Below, one piece after another: positions 52,541-64,000 of a stretch of DNA of 64,000 nt. Below the pieces are notes generated by a model. The model saw only the letters and a list, made by a program, of their open reading frames with translations. It did no database searches and had not been told where the DNA came from. A program made the translations under genes and the position numbers. Source of the stretch: Haliotis rubra (Eukaryota); contig NW_025765958.1 of NCBI RefSeq assembly GCF_003918875.1, positions 248,001 to 312,000 on the forward strand, in the 5' to 3' direction. Position 1 is the stretch's first letter. Each line of letters starts with the position of its first letter.

Positions 52541-55299
52541 GTGTATTCAGAATATATAAGCAGGATGAGAAAAGACTCAGATAAACCGTAACCATAATTA
52601 AGTTGATCAATGTGGCATATGATGTGTGAATATAGGTTTCAATTATTTGACAATGACGAATACATTTTTGCCACAGTAAATATTCCAATTAATGCTGTTT
52701 AAACCTGCATGGAAAAGCAGCTTTTTAAGATACAACAAGGATCATGTCGTTTTAGAAATTAAAACCTATGCGATATTTTGGTATGTATTTGCCTTTTGTA
52801 ACCACGTGTTGCAGCACATATTGAATGAAGGGAATCCACTTCTCTTCAATTCATGAAGGCTTTTTTATCTAAGTCGATATAGGAATAACACTGATTACCA
52901 AGTATTTGCTATTCTTAGACATTGCATGTGCCCTGTTTTTGATCTGGTACCCTCACCATTTGATTGTGATTCAGGTCGTTTTTATGTTCCTATTCCATTT
53001 GGTTGTTTAACGTAAATGTTATGTTTGAAGGTTGCTCATGGATTCCCTGATATATCCTTCAACACGTTTCCGGAAAATCTATAGATCCTCTGTTAATGTG
53101 TTAATGTAGCATGTCACTGACCGTAAAACAAATTAATGACACTTCGTTCTTAATGATTCCGCAGAGGATAGATAAGCAGAACAGTAAAGCTCTATTTTCC
53201 AAAATTACATATAAGAAATTGGAGGGAGTGGTGCATGTATATCCAGTCCTAGGAGTCTCACGACCCCAGAGATCGCCAACTCAGTTTGTGGTATCTGATG
53301 GATTTGAACCACAGTCATTAAACAATGATTGTGTTAATGTAGCGTTGTCGGAATCGTAAATCAGTGGGTTCAGCAAGGGTTTTATGATTATGATTTTGTC
53401 GTATTTATATTCATATTCAATTGGTAGTTTAACGTATATTTCTGTATAAGGCTGCTCATGGATGACTTGGCCAACATTATCCATACGTTGTAGCTTGATT
53501 GTACATAAGACAGTGGACAGTATAGAATATGCTGATCATGTCCTGCTGATGTTTTCATTTATATATTCTATTATGTTTCATTCTATACATACGTGGAATC
53601 CAATTATGAATAATGAGATCTATAATGAACTTAAGTAATTGATGAACTTCCTCACAAGTCATTTTCTCACCAGCTTTTTCTCTTAACTTCACAACCAGAA
53701 CCAGAATCTAATAACATTAGTCAGTGTACAATGTGGCTCTGTCAATCGCAGGCATAAAACATAAATCACTTTCATTCACTTTTAAAAGCAAGAACGTTTG
53801 TTGTGAACAATTAGATGATGTTTACCAGTTAATGCAATTACATCGTCACATTGTCAAAGAAGCTATTTATGTCATATTAACAACGTACTCCCGGGGGATA
53901 CTATTTGTCTTGTAAACACACTTATTCCGTGTCAAACTAAATCTTGGTTTCTTTTTGTTACTTCAAATGTTGTTAGAAATATAGGTCAATTCATCTATAA
54001 ATCGATTTCATACGAGGCACATTTCTGGGGGCAATTCAAATAAATCCAGTTACTGTATTACTCCAATCACATACTATGGTGTCAACGCGTGGGTATTGGC
54101 CCCTTCCAGTATACTTGATTTATCACTGGCAAGAGAGAAGATAACAGGAAAGCGCCATAAATATTTTCTGACATCCCGGCTTGTTCAAACAACACAGTAC
54201 ATGCAGATCCCTATTTTCGGGATTGAAACTTGATATGAATGTTTTCCAGATTAAGCATGTGTTGTACTTTAATTAGCAACATACAATGGGAGCAATATCG
54301 AACTGATATGACAAGAACCATTTCCAAATATTTCATTACATTTAATTCAGGGCTCAACTCTCTTGAGGTTAAAAGCATATTTTGCTTGTTTAATTTTCAT
54401 AGATGCAACACTGAAAAAAGACTCCTAAAAAGATATTTTGGTGCGAAAATGTGATGAATATCGTACAGATAGTCCAGACAGTCAGTCCAAAGACACCCAG
54501 TCTTGACTATCCCCAGGAACAATTTCCGTTTGGGTGTAAAGGAAACAATAGCTGTGAAACTATGAATGGGTGACTGAAAATCAGTGTTGGCAACAGGTGT
54601 CCGCGAAAAGGGTAAGCATGTCCTGTAATGTATCATATTTGGGTGAGTGAATGAGTGAGTGGGTTAAAATGTAATGTCGCGTATCAGCTATATACCGACG
54701 AAACCACGTTCACACATACATACACAGGGTTATTGTTCAGGTATGTCTATGTTTTGATGCCAACTTCATGTACATTCACCCCTTTAAACTTCTTAGCGAG
54801 TGACAAAAACTAACCATCAGTCAAAATGAAAACAGGGATGACTTTTACAGTGGATATGACTAACGAGGAGGATATTTCCGAATGTAATGCTTCAGTGAGA
54901 AAATGATTGATGTCCGATGCAATGTGGATTTGTGCCATATGTTCCTCTGAGTGTTTAGGTGCGTTAAGGTGAACCAGTGAGACTTTCCTTGGGTGCGTTT
55001 GTAATTGTAAAACCAGAGGGACAGTATGCGATCACTTTTTCGTGACCCTCACCTCTAGTCATTCATAAACATATAGTAAAATGTAGTCCGAATAGTACAA
55101 CGGACTTTAATAAAACTCTCTCATGATAAGGGAAATGTGTTTTGTTGCTTCCTCATATGTATTACAATTATAATATACTATTTAAAAAAAGAAACGCATA
55201 ACCCAGAAACCTGTTGTATTTTCAAACATATATAACTCGTCCACAAATAGACTTTAGTACATGAATTTTTACATCAGTTTAGAAGAAGGAAATGTCTAT

Positions 55300-56210
55300 A
55301 CAACCAAAAGGATAATTTGAACCGGACGGTGAAGAGGTAGCACGGTCCCGACGTCGGGTCTCCTGGCTCTGTCCAATCTCTCTCAACCTGTTCCGTACAG
55401 TTTGACCGGATATGCTCCGAAGTCCAGGCACCCAGGATCTCACCCATGGCAGTCCGATCACGCAAATGTAGTACCTGTATGTACCGTGAGTGAGTGAGTG
55501 AGTGAGTTGAAATTTATAGTCACATCGGGAATATTTAAGCCATATTGTGACTTAAAAAGTTATAAATTAACAATAAACACAATTACATTATAAAACACCT
55601 GTCAACGAAGGACAGTAAAATAACTAGATTATCACAGGAATAAATTTAAGACTAGTAATTAAATCCAAAATATTTTACCTATAAATGACAATACAATATA
55701 AAAACCGGCTATAGATCACCAGCAGCTGAAGGTGGATCACCATACTAGGGACCATGGGGACTTACAGTACATTTGCTTCCTGCATGGGCCCTAGCTGAAT
55801 TTACATCAACCCCTCAGCTGTTAGCAATTTAGATATATCTAGCCATACATTAAAATTACACATATTCTACGATTAAACAACGGAAAGTTGAAATTTACTT
55901 TGAATGTTTTGGGACTTACGTACCCTCTCAGGGACAATAATTTTAAAGTACTTTAACCTCCCTCGAGGATACAGCCACTAACAATCTGAGTTACTTATTT
56001 AAACTTCCAATCATAATATATTTAGCTATTTACAAATCATTTAACAAATCTCATTATTTTAAAAATGCAATAATTAAATGAGAACTGATATTATTAAAAA
56101 GGTCCTTCATAGTTCGTGATTTAAAATAGTTATCCTTTGTGATCCGTATGTACCGATCTTGGGCTGCAGTGTTGACTCGAGGTCTGCCTGTTCGGGGACG
56201 GTCATTTGTT
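55300..56210 (-). mobile_element. Tc1 transposase N-terminal relic interrupted by a Nimb fragment
   Basis: Removing 55487-56155 restores DRPRTGRPRVNTAAQDRYIQVLHLRDR, followed by ISGQTVRNRLRE. Confidence 0.85.
55487..56145 (-). mobile_element. 5'-truncated Nimb copy (ORF2 end and 3' UTR)
   Basis: Colinear with 11530-12450 but lacking the RTEX insert; 10-bp TSD gtatgtaccg. Confidence 0.93.
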
Positions 56211-56350
56211 ATACAAATACAATTGCATTATTGTAAAACTTTTTCACATGTCCTTTTAAACATATGATATAGGTATATAATGGCATTAGGAATTTTATCA
56301 TTGTAGCAGGAAATAAGGTCAAAACTTTGAATTGAACTTAAATGTTACCG

Positions 56351-58791
56351 TATGGGAACATTGGCAGGATCATCGTTAAAATCAAATTATTTACATAAAC
56401 TGCATTAATAGATAAGAAAAACAATGAATGATCTGTTCAATTCTTTATTTCAAATAATATAATAATAATTATATAATTATTATTCTATAGCGCCTAACTT
56501 CCATCCATACAGTTTGCTCAGTGGCGCTTTGCACAGGAAATATAAGAAAGAGTCATTCAGAATAGCTAGTCAACGGCTTGCTTGGAGAGGTGTGTCTAAG
56601 ATAGTCTTAAAATTAGGTTTGTCACAATCTTTATAGGAAGAGGTAGATCGTTCCACAGTAGATGAGCTGAGGTAGAGAAGGCTCGATGACCCATTGATGA
56701 TTTCATGATTGGGACTCAAAGGCGAAGATAGTCGACAGAACTGGAGAGTACGAGTTGGTTGGTATATGCTGACAAGGCTTTTGACACGATGATTCATCAT
56801 AGACACAGTTTAAGGCTAGAAGAAGTATCTTGTACTGAATCCTGAAATTCATGGACAGCCAGTGGAGGGCCTTCAGGATAGGTGTTATATGCTCTGTTCG
56901 CGACGTCCGCGTTACAACCCTTGCTGCTGCATTCTTGATTCACTGTAACTTTGGGATCAGAGATGAAGGAATATGCAAGAAAAGGAAGTTACAATAATAC
57001 AGTCGTGATGTGATGAGAGTCTGCATAGGGAAACTTGCCGTGTTTATAGCCAAGAAGATGGCGTAGTTTAGTGATGTTGTGAATGTGGAAGAAGCAAGTT
57101 TTGCTCAAGGACTTGACATGTTTTTCAAGGGACATGCTGGATTGAAATATGATTCCAAGATTTCTTACAGATGGCATGGTTCCGACATTGCTGTTGCCAA
57201 TGATAAGTGACAGAACTGCAGCCACTTTCAAGAAATTTTGTTTTACTGTCATTTACTTTGAGAAATTTCAGTCATCCAGGATCTAACTTCGCTCACACAG
57301 GCTTCAATTTGAGTGATTCCAGTAGCAGTTTCAGGTGGCTTTATAGATATGTACATCTAATTGTCGTGACCATTGAGATGAAAGATCAAACCGTGTTTCC
57401 TGATTATATCACTAATTGAGGATATATCTGCTGACAAGCAAAGGCCTCAGAATTGAACCCTGTGGAACACCAACGTTAACTGAGTCTTTCCTCCACGATG
57501 GCAGTGTCGTGTGGCCTATGGTATCGAAGGCAGATGATAAATCAAGAAGGACCAGCAGGGTGACATTACCATGGCATCCCTCAATGAACTGTTGACCACA
57601 TTGGATAATGGACTGAAGAGAGAATCCATGCTTGCTTTTAACAGCCATGTTGGTATGACATCCAGGCTAGAAGAAGTTGCATTAGCTTTGGATATAACAT
57701 ATCTTATTTCTTCTGGATAGGTTAAGGAGAGTCCAGACAAATTTGTACCACTGAAATATGACTCACTGAAAAGCTGATTCTGTAGAGTATGTCTAATGTC
57801 AAGTTCTTGATGTATATCCCATATCGTGGCGTGGAAGAAATCTGCAAATCTGTTGGCTTGTTGGCTTGACATAAATTGCTGGTATGTTCTGGAAGAGTAC
57901 AATTTGTATCCCACTTCAAGAGACTGTTCAACATGGAATGTAATTCCTTGAAATTGCTGCAGTTTCGTTCTATCGAGGTGCATACAAATGCTCATTTTGA
58001 ACAACGCCATCGTTTTGCAGCTGCACGGCATATCTGTTTATGTTTGCGGATGTCATCGTTATACCAGCCACAGTGAGGATGAATGACAACAGAATTAGAC
58101 TTCAGAAAAGCATGCTTACCTAATATTCGTGTTAAGCAAGTAGTAAACACATCAGCCTAATGTCTATATTTCGAATCTTCGAGTAGCTAATTTCTTTTCT
58201 CACTTGCTTAAATTTAGTGAGTTTGACAGAGCACTGAATAAGTGAAAGATCAGTTATCTGTTTGTCACGAACATCAACGACATCCAGAATATCACAACTA
58301 TCCTTGGTTATGACTAGGTCTACTGAATGACCTGATCGACACATGCTGTATGAGATTGAAAGGTTCTGGCATGTCTGAGAAAGATTTGGCGAAGGAATCA
58401 GACACAGAATTAACATGGATTTTGAAATCCCCCATTAGAACCAGATGGCCTGGTTCAAGGGAAATTTTGACATGACTGGGCTCACATTCAGGAACACTTG
58501 CCACATGATTTTGGTAGCTGAAATTTTGCAAAGAAAACCCATTCCAGCTGCGTTAGTGGAGGTGACAATTGATACCAATCTACTGTAAGTTATATACCAC
58601 TTCATCATCGTAATTTATGTGATTGTCTAACAAACATTTCATTACCTAGCTCTTCCCGGAACATTCCTGCATCATCGGTTTATGCGTTAAAGAAAGTTTG
58701 TTTTGTTCACTAAATTTCAAGAAATAAAAGATGTATTGCAAACATATAGTTTCGTTTCATTTTTCACGATGATCCTGCCAATGTTCCAATA
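56351..58791. mobile_element. Putative TIR element enclosing an L2 relic
   Basis: About 30-bp inverted repeats tatgggaacattggcaggatcatcgt / acgatgatcctgccaatgttccaata. Confidence 0.6.
56455..58530 (-). mobile_element. Decayed L2-clade LINE
   Basis: LMGDFKIHV, GHSVDLVIT, LLDLSSAFDTI, GVPQGSIL, VRNLGIIF, KNAAARVV and an L2 tail. Confidence 0.92.
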
Positions 58792-61302
58792 TAGGAGCAT
58801 ACCGCTATCTCTGGAACCGTTTGTGATATCACTATGAAATTTTGGATTTTTTATGTTACACCATTATGATATTCTCCTGTAAATTTGAAGTGTTTCTGAC
58901 AATAGGATCTAGTACCGGTAATAAAGATCGTCTCCTGATTGTCTAAAGTAATGGTCATTTGGTATGATTTATTCAAGCAAGAGTCATGAACATATTGATA
59001 ATGAAACAATATTCAATATTGATTCAAGAAATGATAATCATTCACACCATTATATATCCTAGGGGATAAGTGTGCGTACTGCCTGTATGAAAACAATGAA
59101 GGACCGAAAGCTACAGATGATTATTATTCTTCGCCAAATGTCTTCACATTGTCATCTGAGTGGTGTCATATTTTATCTTCAAGGACCCAACTACACATTA
59201 AGATATATATGCACACCGCATGATATCGACAAGTCTCCGGTATATCTGCTTCCCTGTTGTCTTAGTATTCAATTTCAAACTGCCAAACCCATTGTTGTTA
59301 AGTTATACATGTATGTCACCAGCTTTACACTGGCAAATATGAATGACAAACCTATTTTCTTAATCATTTTTTTTCATAATTTCAAACTGTATTCAATTTT
59401 AAACTGCGAAACCGATTGTTTTGAAGTGATGCATGTATGTCACAACCTTTAGACGACAAAACTATTTTCATAATCATTTTCGGAAATATTAGCTTAAGGT
59501 CGTGTACATTGAACGATGTATATGTTTACCAAAAACCATAAATCATTAAAGATTCCAGATTTGTCTTGGTGCCGCGAAAGCCCATACCGAAGTGACGGGA
59601 TTGATTCTTCACTTACAGTACTTTCCCTGAGGTCAAACCCATAAGAACCCAAGATATGTTGTATGAGGAACATGTATTTCTGTAGGTTGATATGCGTAAT
59701 GTATATCGTACAAAACTACCCAATCAACAGCTATGTATACACGTAAGAGCAGCTTTCCAGTCATCGTATCTTATTGGCAGTTTAAACACATGTTTGTGTT
59801 CCGCAGACAAATCAAAGATGACTTTTCTCTTTCCAGAAGATAGAGCGGATTTGGTGCACACGGCCAATCCTCGCACTCCAGTGATATCTTTCGACAGCTT
59901 TACAAACAAAATCATATTGTTCCAAGTATCTTGCATCCACCTGCAATGACATCAAGTACTAACTGAATAGTGATAATGGCACACAAGAACTGTATGCAAG
60001 CAAAATCTGTTTCAGCTTTAAGTGTCTGAATTTTATCCCAATATGTCCTGCTATCATTATGCAGCCACTTCTTGAAATCTGTTATTAAAGTCACCCACCA
60101 CAGCTTCCCTACATTCTGATCTTCATCCTCTGATAAGTAACACTTATCAAACAAAGTCCCCTTTTTCTTTCTTGTGAAGCATGCGGGCTATTTTGACAGA
60201 GCCTTCAAGAGCATGTGTCACCTCTGATAATTTGAAGTGACATCAACTGAAGGTGCTAAACATACGTCTTGAGCTTTGCCATTTAATACAACATTACACA
60301 TTAATGCTTTTTGAGGGGCTATTTCAATTTGTTGCCACAAGAACCAGTTGTCGACGGGCTATTTTGATGTGATTGTCACACGAGAGGAATGTTGATCATT
60401 TTGAGAGGAAATATTTCTGTTTCGCAATTACATTTCCCCAATATGACGTCTCTCCACTTTTTAAGTTTTAATTCGTTCATTTTCAGCTTCGTTTCCTGAA
60501 TGAGCACAGGTATCTGCCCTTGTCAGAAGTTTCATTTGATTTGTCACTTTAACGTGTTAAAAAAGAATCTCTTTGCTTCAGTAATCAACTTGAGTTAAAA
60601 ATGATAATGAATATTATTCATTATCTCAATATTTTGGGGTGTTTAAAAGTAAAAACATTCCCTTTCATTACAGTGTCCTCGGATCATACTCTTCCTAGTA
60701 GGCTGACCATATTGCCAAATTATATTGGTTATACTGTAAGGTTCTGTGCTGACATCACGTAAACACTTGTTCTTTGGGCCGGTAGCAGCTGCTTGACCTT
60801 TAATCACTACATTTTTTTGGGAATATATAGTTTGTACTGCCTTCCTTCCTTCATTCAGCAGGTCTTCACCGTGAACATACTCAAGAGAAAATATATTTGA
60901 TGACTTTAGACTAGTTGCTCGAATACCTGCTGTCGTTTGATTTTGTGCGTAAGACTGGTTCACTTGTGATTGAGGAAGCTAATTTCAGAAAGTCTTGAGC
61001 TGTAGAGGAACCCAGTCAATGTCTGTATCGTTTCCCAAAGACGTCGTTTGAGATATGAGCACAAGCTCATGTAGGGATTCGAACCTGCGATTTGAGCGTG
61101 ATGTGTGTAAATTCGTTTTCGGTACCTCGGAGTAAAACGTATTGCATAATATTCAAGCACGCCATTTATTGCTAGAATAAATTTATCAAGGCATAATTGT
61201 TTCTTCAGGAGCTCAACTGTATTACTTGTAATAAATAATGTCAGCGCTATCAAGCGTTCTTTACTAATTAAACGTACACTCATTCATTTATCCCAACGTC
61301 AA

Positions 61303-61470
61303 TTCCAGGGTTAAAATTGTCTTCAGCAAAGTATCATGCGTAACAGGCGACTATCGGGATCGAGTGATCAGGCTTGCAGACTTAATGCATGTCATTGTAT
61401 CCCAGCTTCGTAGATCGATGTTAAAGATATAAATCAGTGTTTTGTCGGGTCCAGACACGATTGTTATATA
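61303..61470 (+). mobile_element. Diverged SINE family B fragment
   Basis: gggttaaaattgtcttcagca..ggcgactatcgggatcg..agatcgatg..ggtccagac. Confidence 0.7.
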
Positions 61471-61695
61471 CATGATTCAACAAAAAAAACTCCTCAATTT
61501 TCTGTGAGCTTTTTCAACCATGAGATTTATTACTGAGAAGCATAAGAATTGTATTGTGTAATACATCTCTTTTACTCATCAGAATTCCTTAATAAATGAA
61601 CATTACGAGTATTTCACTGGCATCTTAAAATCAGGAACTGAAACGGAAACAATAAAACAGTCATGGTGTATGATATATATCCTCTTTGTGTTATC

Positions 61696-61773
61696 TAATT
61701 AATTGTTCTCGTCACGATATGGCTGAAATATTGCCGATGTGACGTTAAATTTTAACTCACTCACTCACTCACT
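61696..61773 (+). mobile_element. Nimb 3' tail-only insertion
   Basis: Tail plus (ACTC)n; TSD ctctttgtgttatc. Confidence 0.9.
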
Positions 61774-61940
61774 CTTTGTGTTATCCCTGCCGTGTCCGTG
61801 TTCTTAATATTTCTAAATGAAACAAATCGGATATTGAAACTTTTGGCATTTATCCTGTTGCTTGGGTAGAGTGATTGCGCCCGCCGCCATCATCCAGTAA
61901 TAACCTCTCACACACTGACATTACCGATAAAATATTAATA

Positions 61941-63169
61941 TACTGAACATCATTGAAAACGCACCAGTCTAATGACAATGATCAATGAATATAACTAACA
62001 TGAAGTCGAAGGGCATGTCCAGTTGAAAAAATGCGTTAGAAACAAATTCCTGTACACAATATGACTCTTAATTCCAAAACGCATCAACATGAATCCACGC
62101 AAAAAGCGCGAATTTCATTCTAAAATCATACTGACAGTGACATTAAAAGCAGGTGTATGAGAACCGATTCTTATTGCTTCACTAACGATTGTAAAACGAG
62201 GACAGAGATGCCGAGGTTAACACCTAACGAAAGAGAACGTACACTAAGCATGAATCAGGTTGGCACCAGCAACAGGGATATTGCTCGACAACTTGGACGT
62301 GGCCACTCCACCATCGTTAGGCTTCATAGACGACATCAGTAGACAGGCAGCACCCGTGACCTTCAATGACCTTTTCAGTAAAGGTTACAACAATGGCATG
62401 GTGTGGTAGTCACTGACGAGTCACGTCTTCATCTACGTAATGCTGACGGCCGATTACGTGTTTGGCGTAGACGTGGTGAACGTTATGCTGATGAGTGTGT
62501 GGTTCAGACAGACCTTTGGGTGTTGAGAGCGTCATGGTCTGGGGTGGAATAAATTACAATCACAGGACTGCCTTCATGTCTGTCAAGGGAGAGTTAATGC
62601 CCTTTATTACCGTGAACAGATTCTTCAGAATTACATCGTATCTATCTTCAATCCCCACCAAGATGTCCATACTTTTCAACAGGACAACGCACGGGCACAC
62701 ACAAGACTTTCCATGCAGTATCTGGCCCAGCAACACATCCAGGTTATTCATTGGTCAGCACAGTCGCCAGATGTATCCCCCATGGAGCACTTGTTGGACG
62801 AATTTGGTCAAAGTCTTTCGCGGCGACAACAGATGCGAAACATCCGGGAACACTAGGCTGCACTACTGCAGAAGTGGAATGCCATCCTCAAGAACTGTAT
62901 TCGGACGCTTATTGACTCAATGATGAGACGTTGAACTGCATGTGTCACTGCAAATGGCGGTCACAGGCGATATTGACTTTTCGGTTTGACCCCACGTGTG
63001 TTTGATCCTTTCTGACTGTGGAACATTTCAATGAAAGAGCGTCTTTTCTGTGTTGTCGTTTTGGTCGGTCGTCCAGCTGTTATTATCCACTCAAAAAATA
63101 TCAATTCCTTACACGGGCTTTTAATAATCTGAACTTTTATAAGTGGTGCGTTTTCAATGATGTTCAGTA
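61941..63169 (+). mobile_element. Internally deleted Tc1 element with perfect 26-bp TIRs
   Basis: tactgaacatcattgaaaacgcacca at both ends, TA TSD. Motifs MPRLTPNERER, TDESR, SVMVWGGI, QQDNAR, SPDVSPME, GGHRRY*. Confidence 0.95.
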
Positions 63170-63201
63170 TATAACTAAAAAAAACTCTTCTTAACTCATC
63201 A

Positions 63202-63640
63202 GTACGTAAGTCCCGAAACATTCCAAGGCAATTTAAATTTACCAGATTTTTAAATGTAGCATTTTTGTCGTTTTAAGTTTGGCAAAACTCGACCAAAAGC
63301 GCCAGCTGCTGAAGGGTTGATATAAATCCAGCTAGGGTCCATGTAGGTAGCCAAAGTACTGTAAGTCCCCATGGTCCCTAGAATGGTGATCTACCTTCAG
63401 CTGCTGGTGATCTATAGCCCGTTTTTATATTGTATCGTTGTTTATAGTGATATATTTTTTATGATAGTGTACTAGTTTTAAACTAAGAGCTGTGATACTC
63501 TAGTAGTTTTACTGTCTTTCGATGACAGATTGTTTATGTTCTCAATTTATTGATTTTAATGTTGATATAGATTAAATTGTTCTCGTCACGATATATAATA
63601 TTGTCGATGTGACTTTAAATATTAGCTCAATCACCCACTC
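63202..63640 (+). mobile_element. 5'-truncated Nimb 3'-UTR copy
   Basis: Conserved domain plus tail; TSD ttaactcatca. Confidence 0.92.
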
Positions 63641-63761
63641 TTAACTCATCAATACTGTGTGTGGTTGTAAATTCAAATGTAATTTAGGTGAGTTATTTGT
63701 TTAACAACGTCAAAATTGGCGAACAAACAAGTACCACACTATGTTGATTTCCACTAAGATA

Positions 63762-63918
63762 GACTTAGGACAAGTCAGAACCTATCCTGGTATTTGTCCT
63801 AAGTTAGGATATCCTAGCGTTAGGATAGCTTTCGAGAATAAGATAGGACACCTCTCCTAGACTATAGGCTCAAAGTTAGGATATCCTAGGGCTAGGATCC
63901 TTTCGAGAATAGGGTCCA
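63762..63918. repeat. Palindrome-rich MITE-like end
   Basis: agttaggatatcctag..taggat..tttcgagaata occurs twice. No partner terminus was found. Confidence 0.45.
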
Positions 63919-64000
63919 GGGTGGTTTCGATAAGGCATATTCCAAATCAAACGTCCAATGTCAAATGTGTTCATTCGATCGCATTCTTCGTGCAGGGCAG

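Overview
AT-rich animal genomic DNA. It is inferred to be molluscan, probably a gastropod, from its SINE, Nimb and HINE repertoire. No intact host protein-coding gene is recognisable. The window is dominated by nested, mostly decayed transposable elements. Retroelements: a Nimb/I-clade LINE with both termini and a target-site duplication (11530-16819, minus strand, across an N-gap), many 3'-UTR fragments of that family, two SINE families with a related (ACTC)n tail, a large RTEX LINE plus a nested RTEX fragment, two L2 relics, an R4/Dong endonuclease fragment beside (TAA)n, and a Penelope-like RT relic. DNA elements: five Tc1/mariner copies, TIR elements carrying cargo, and a Helentron-associated element. 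Local direct and inverted duplications are also present. The best candidate system is a Nimb LINE/SINE ensemble built from structured RNA modules. The LINE 5' end, fixed by a 15-bp TSD, begins with an HDV-like ribozyme fold. A SINE family without a tRNA head starts with a related 10-mer and a pseudoknotted head. The LINE 3' UTR carries a conserved multi-stem domain. All RNA structures were folded by eye and are untested.
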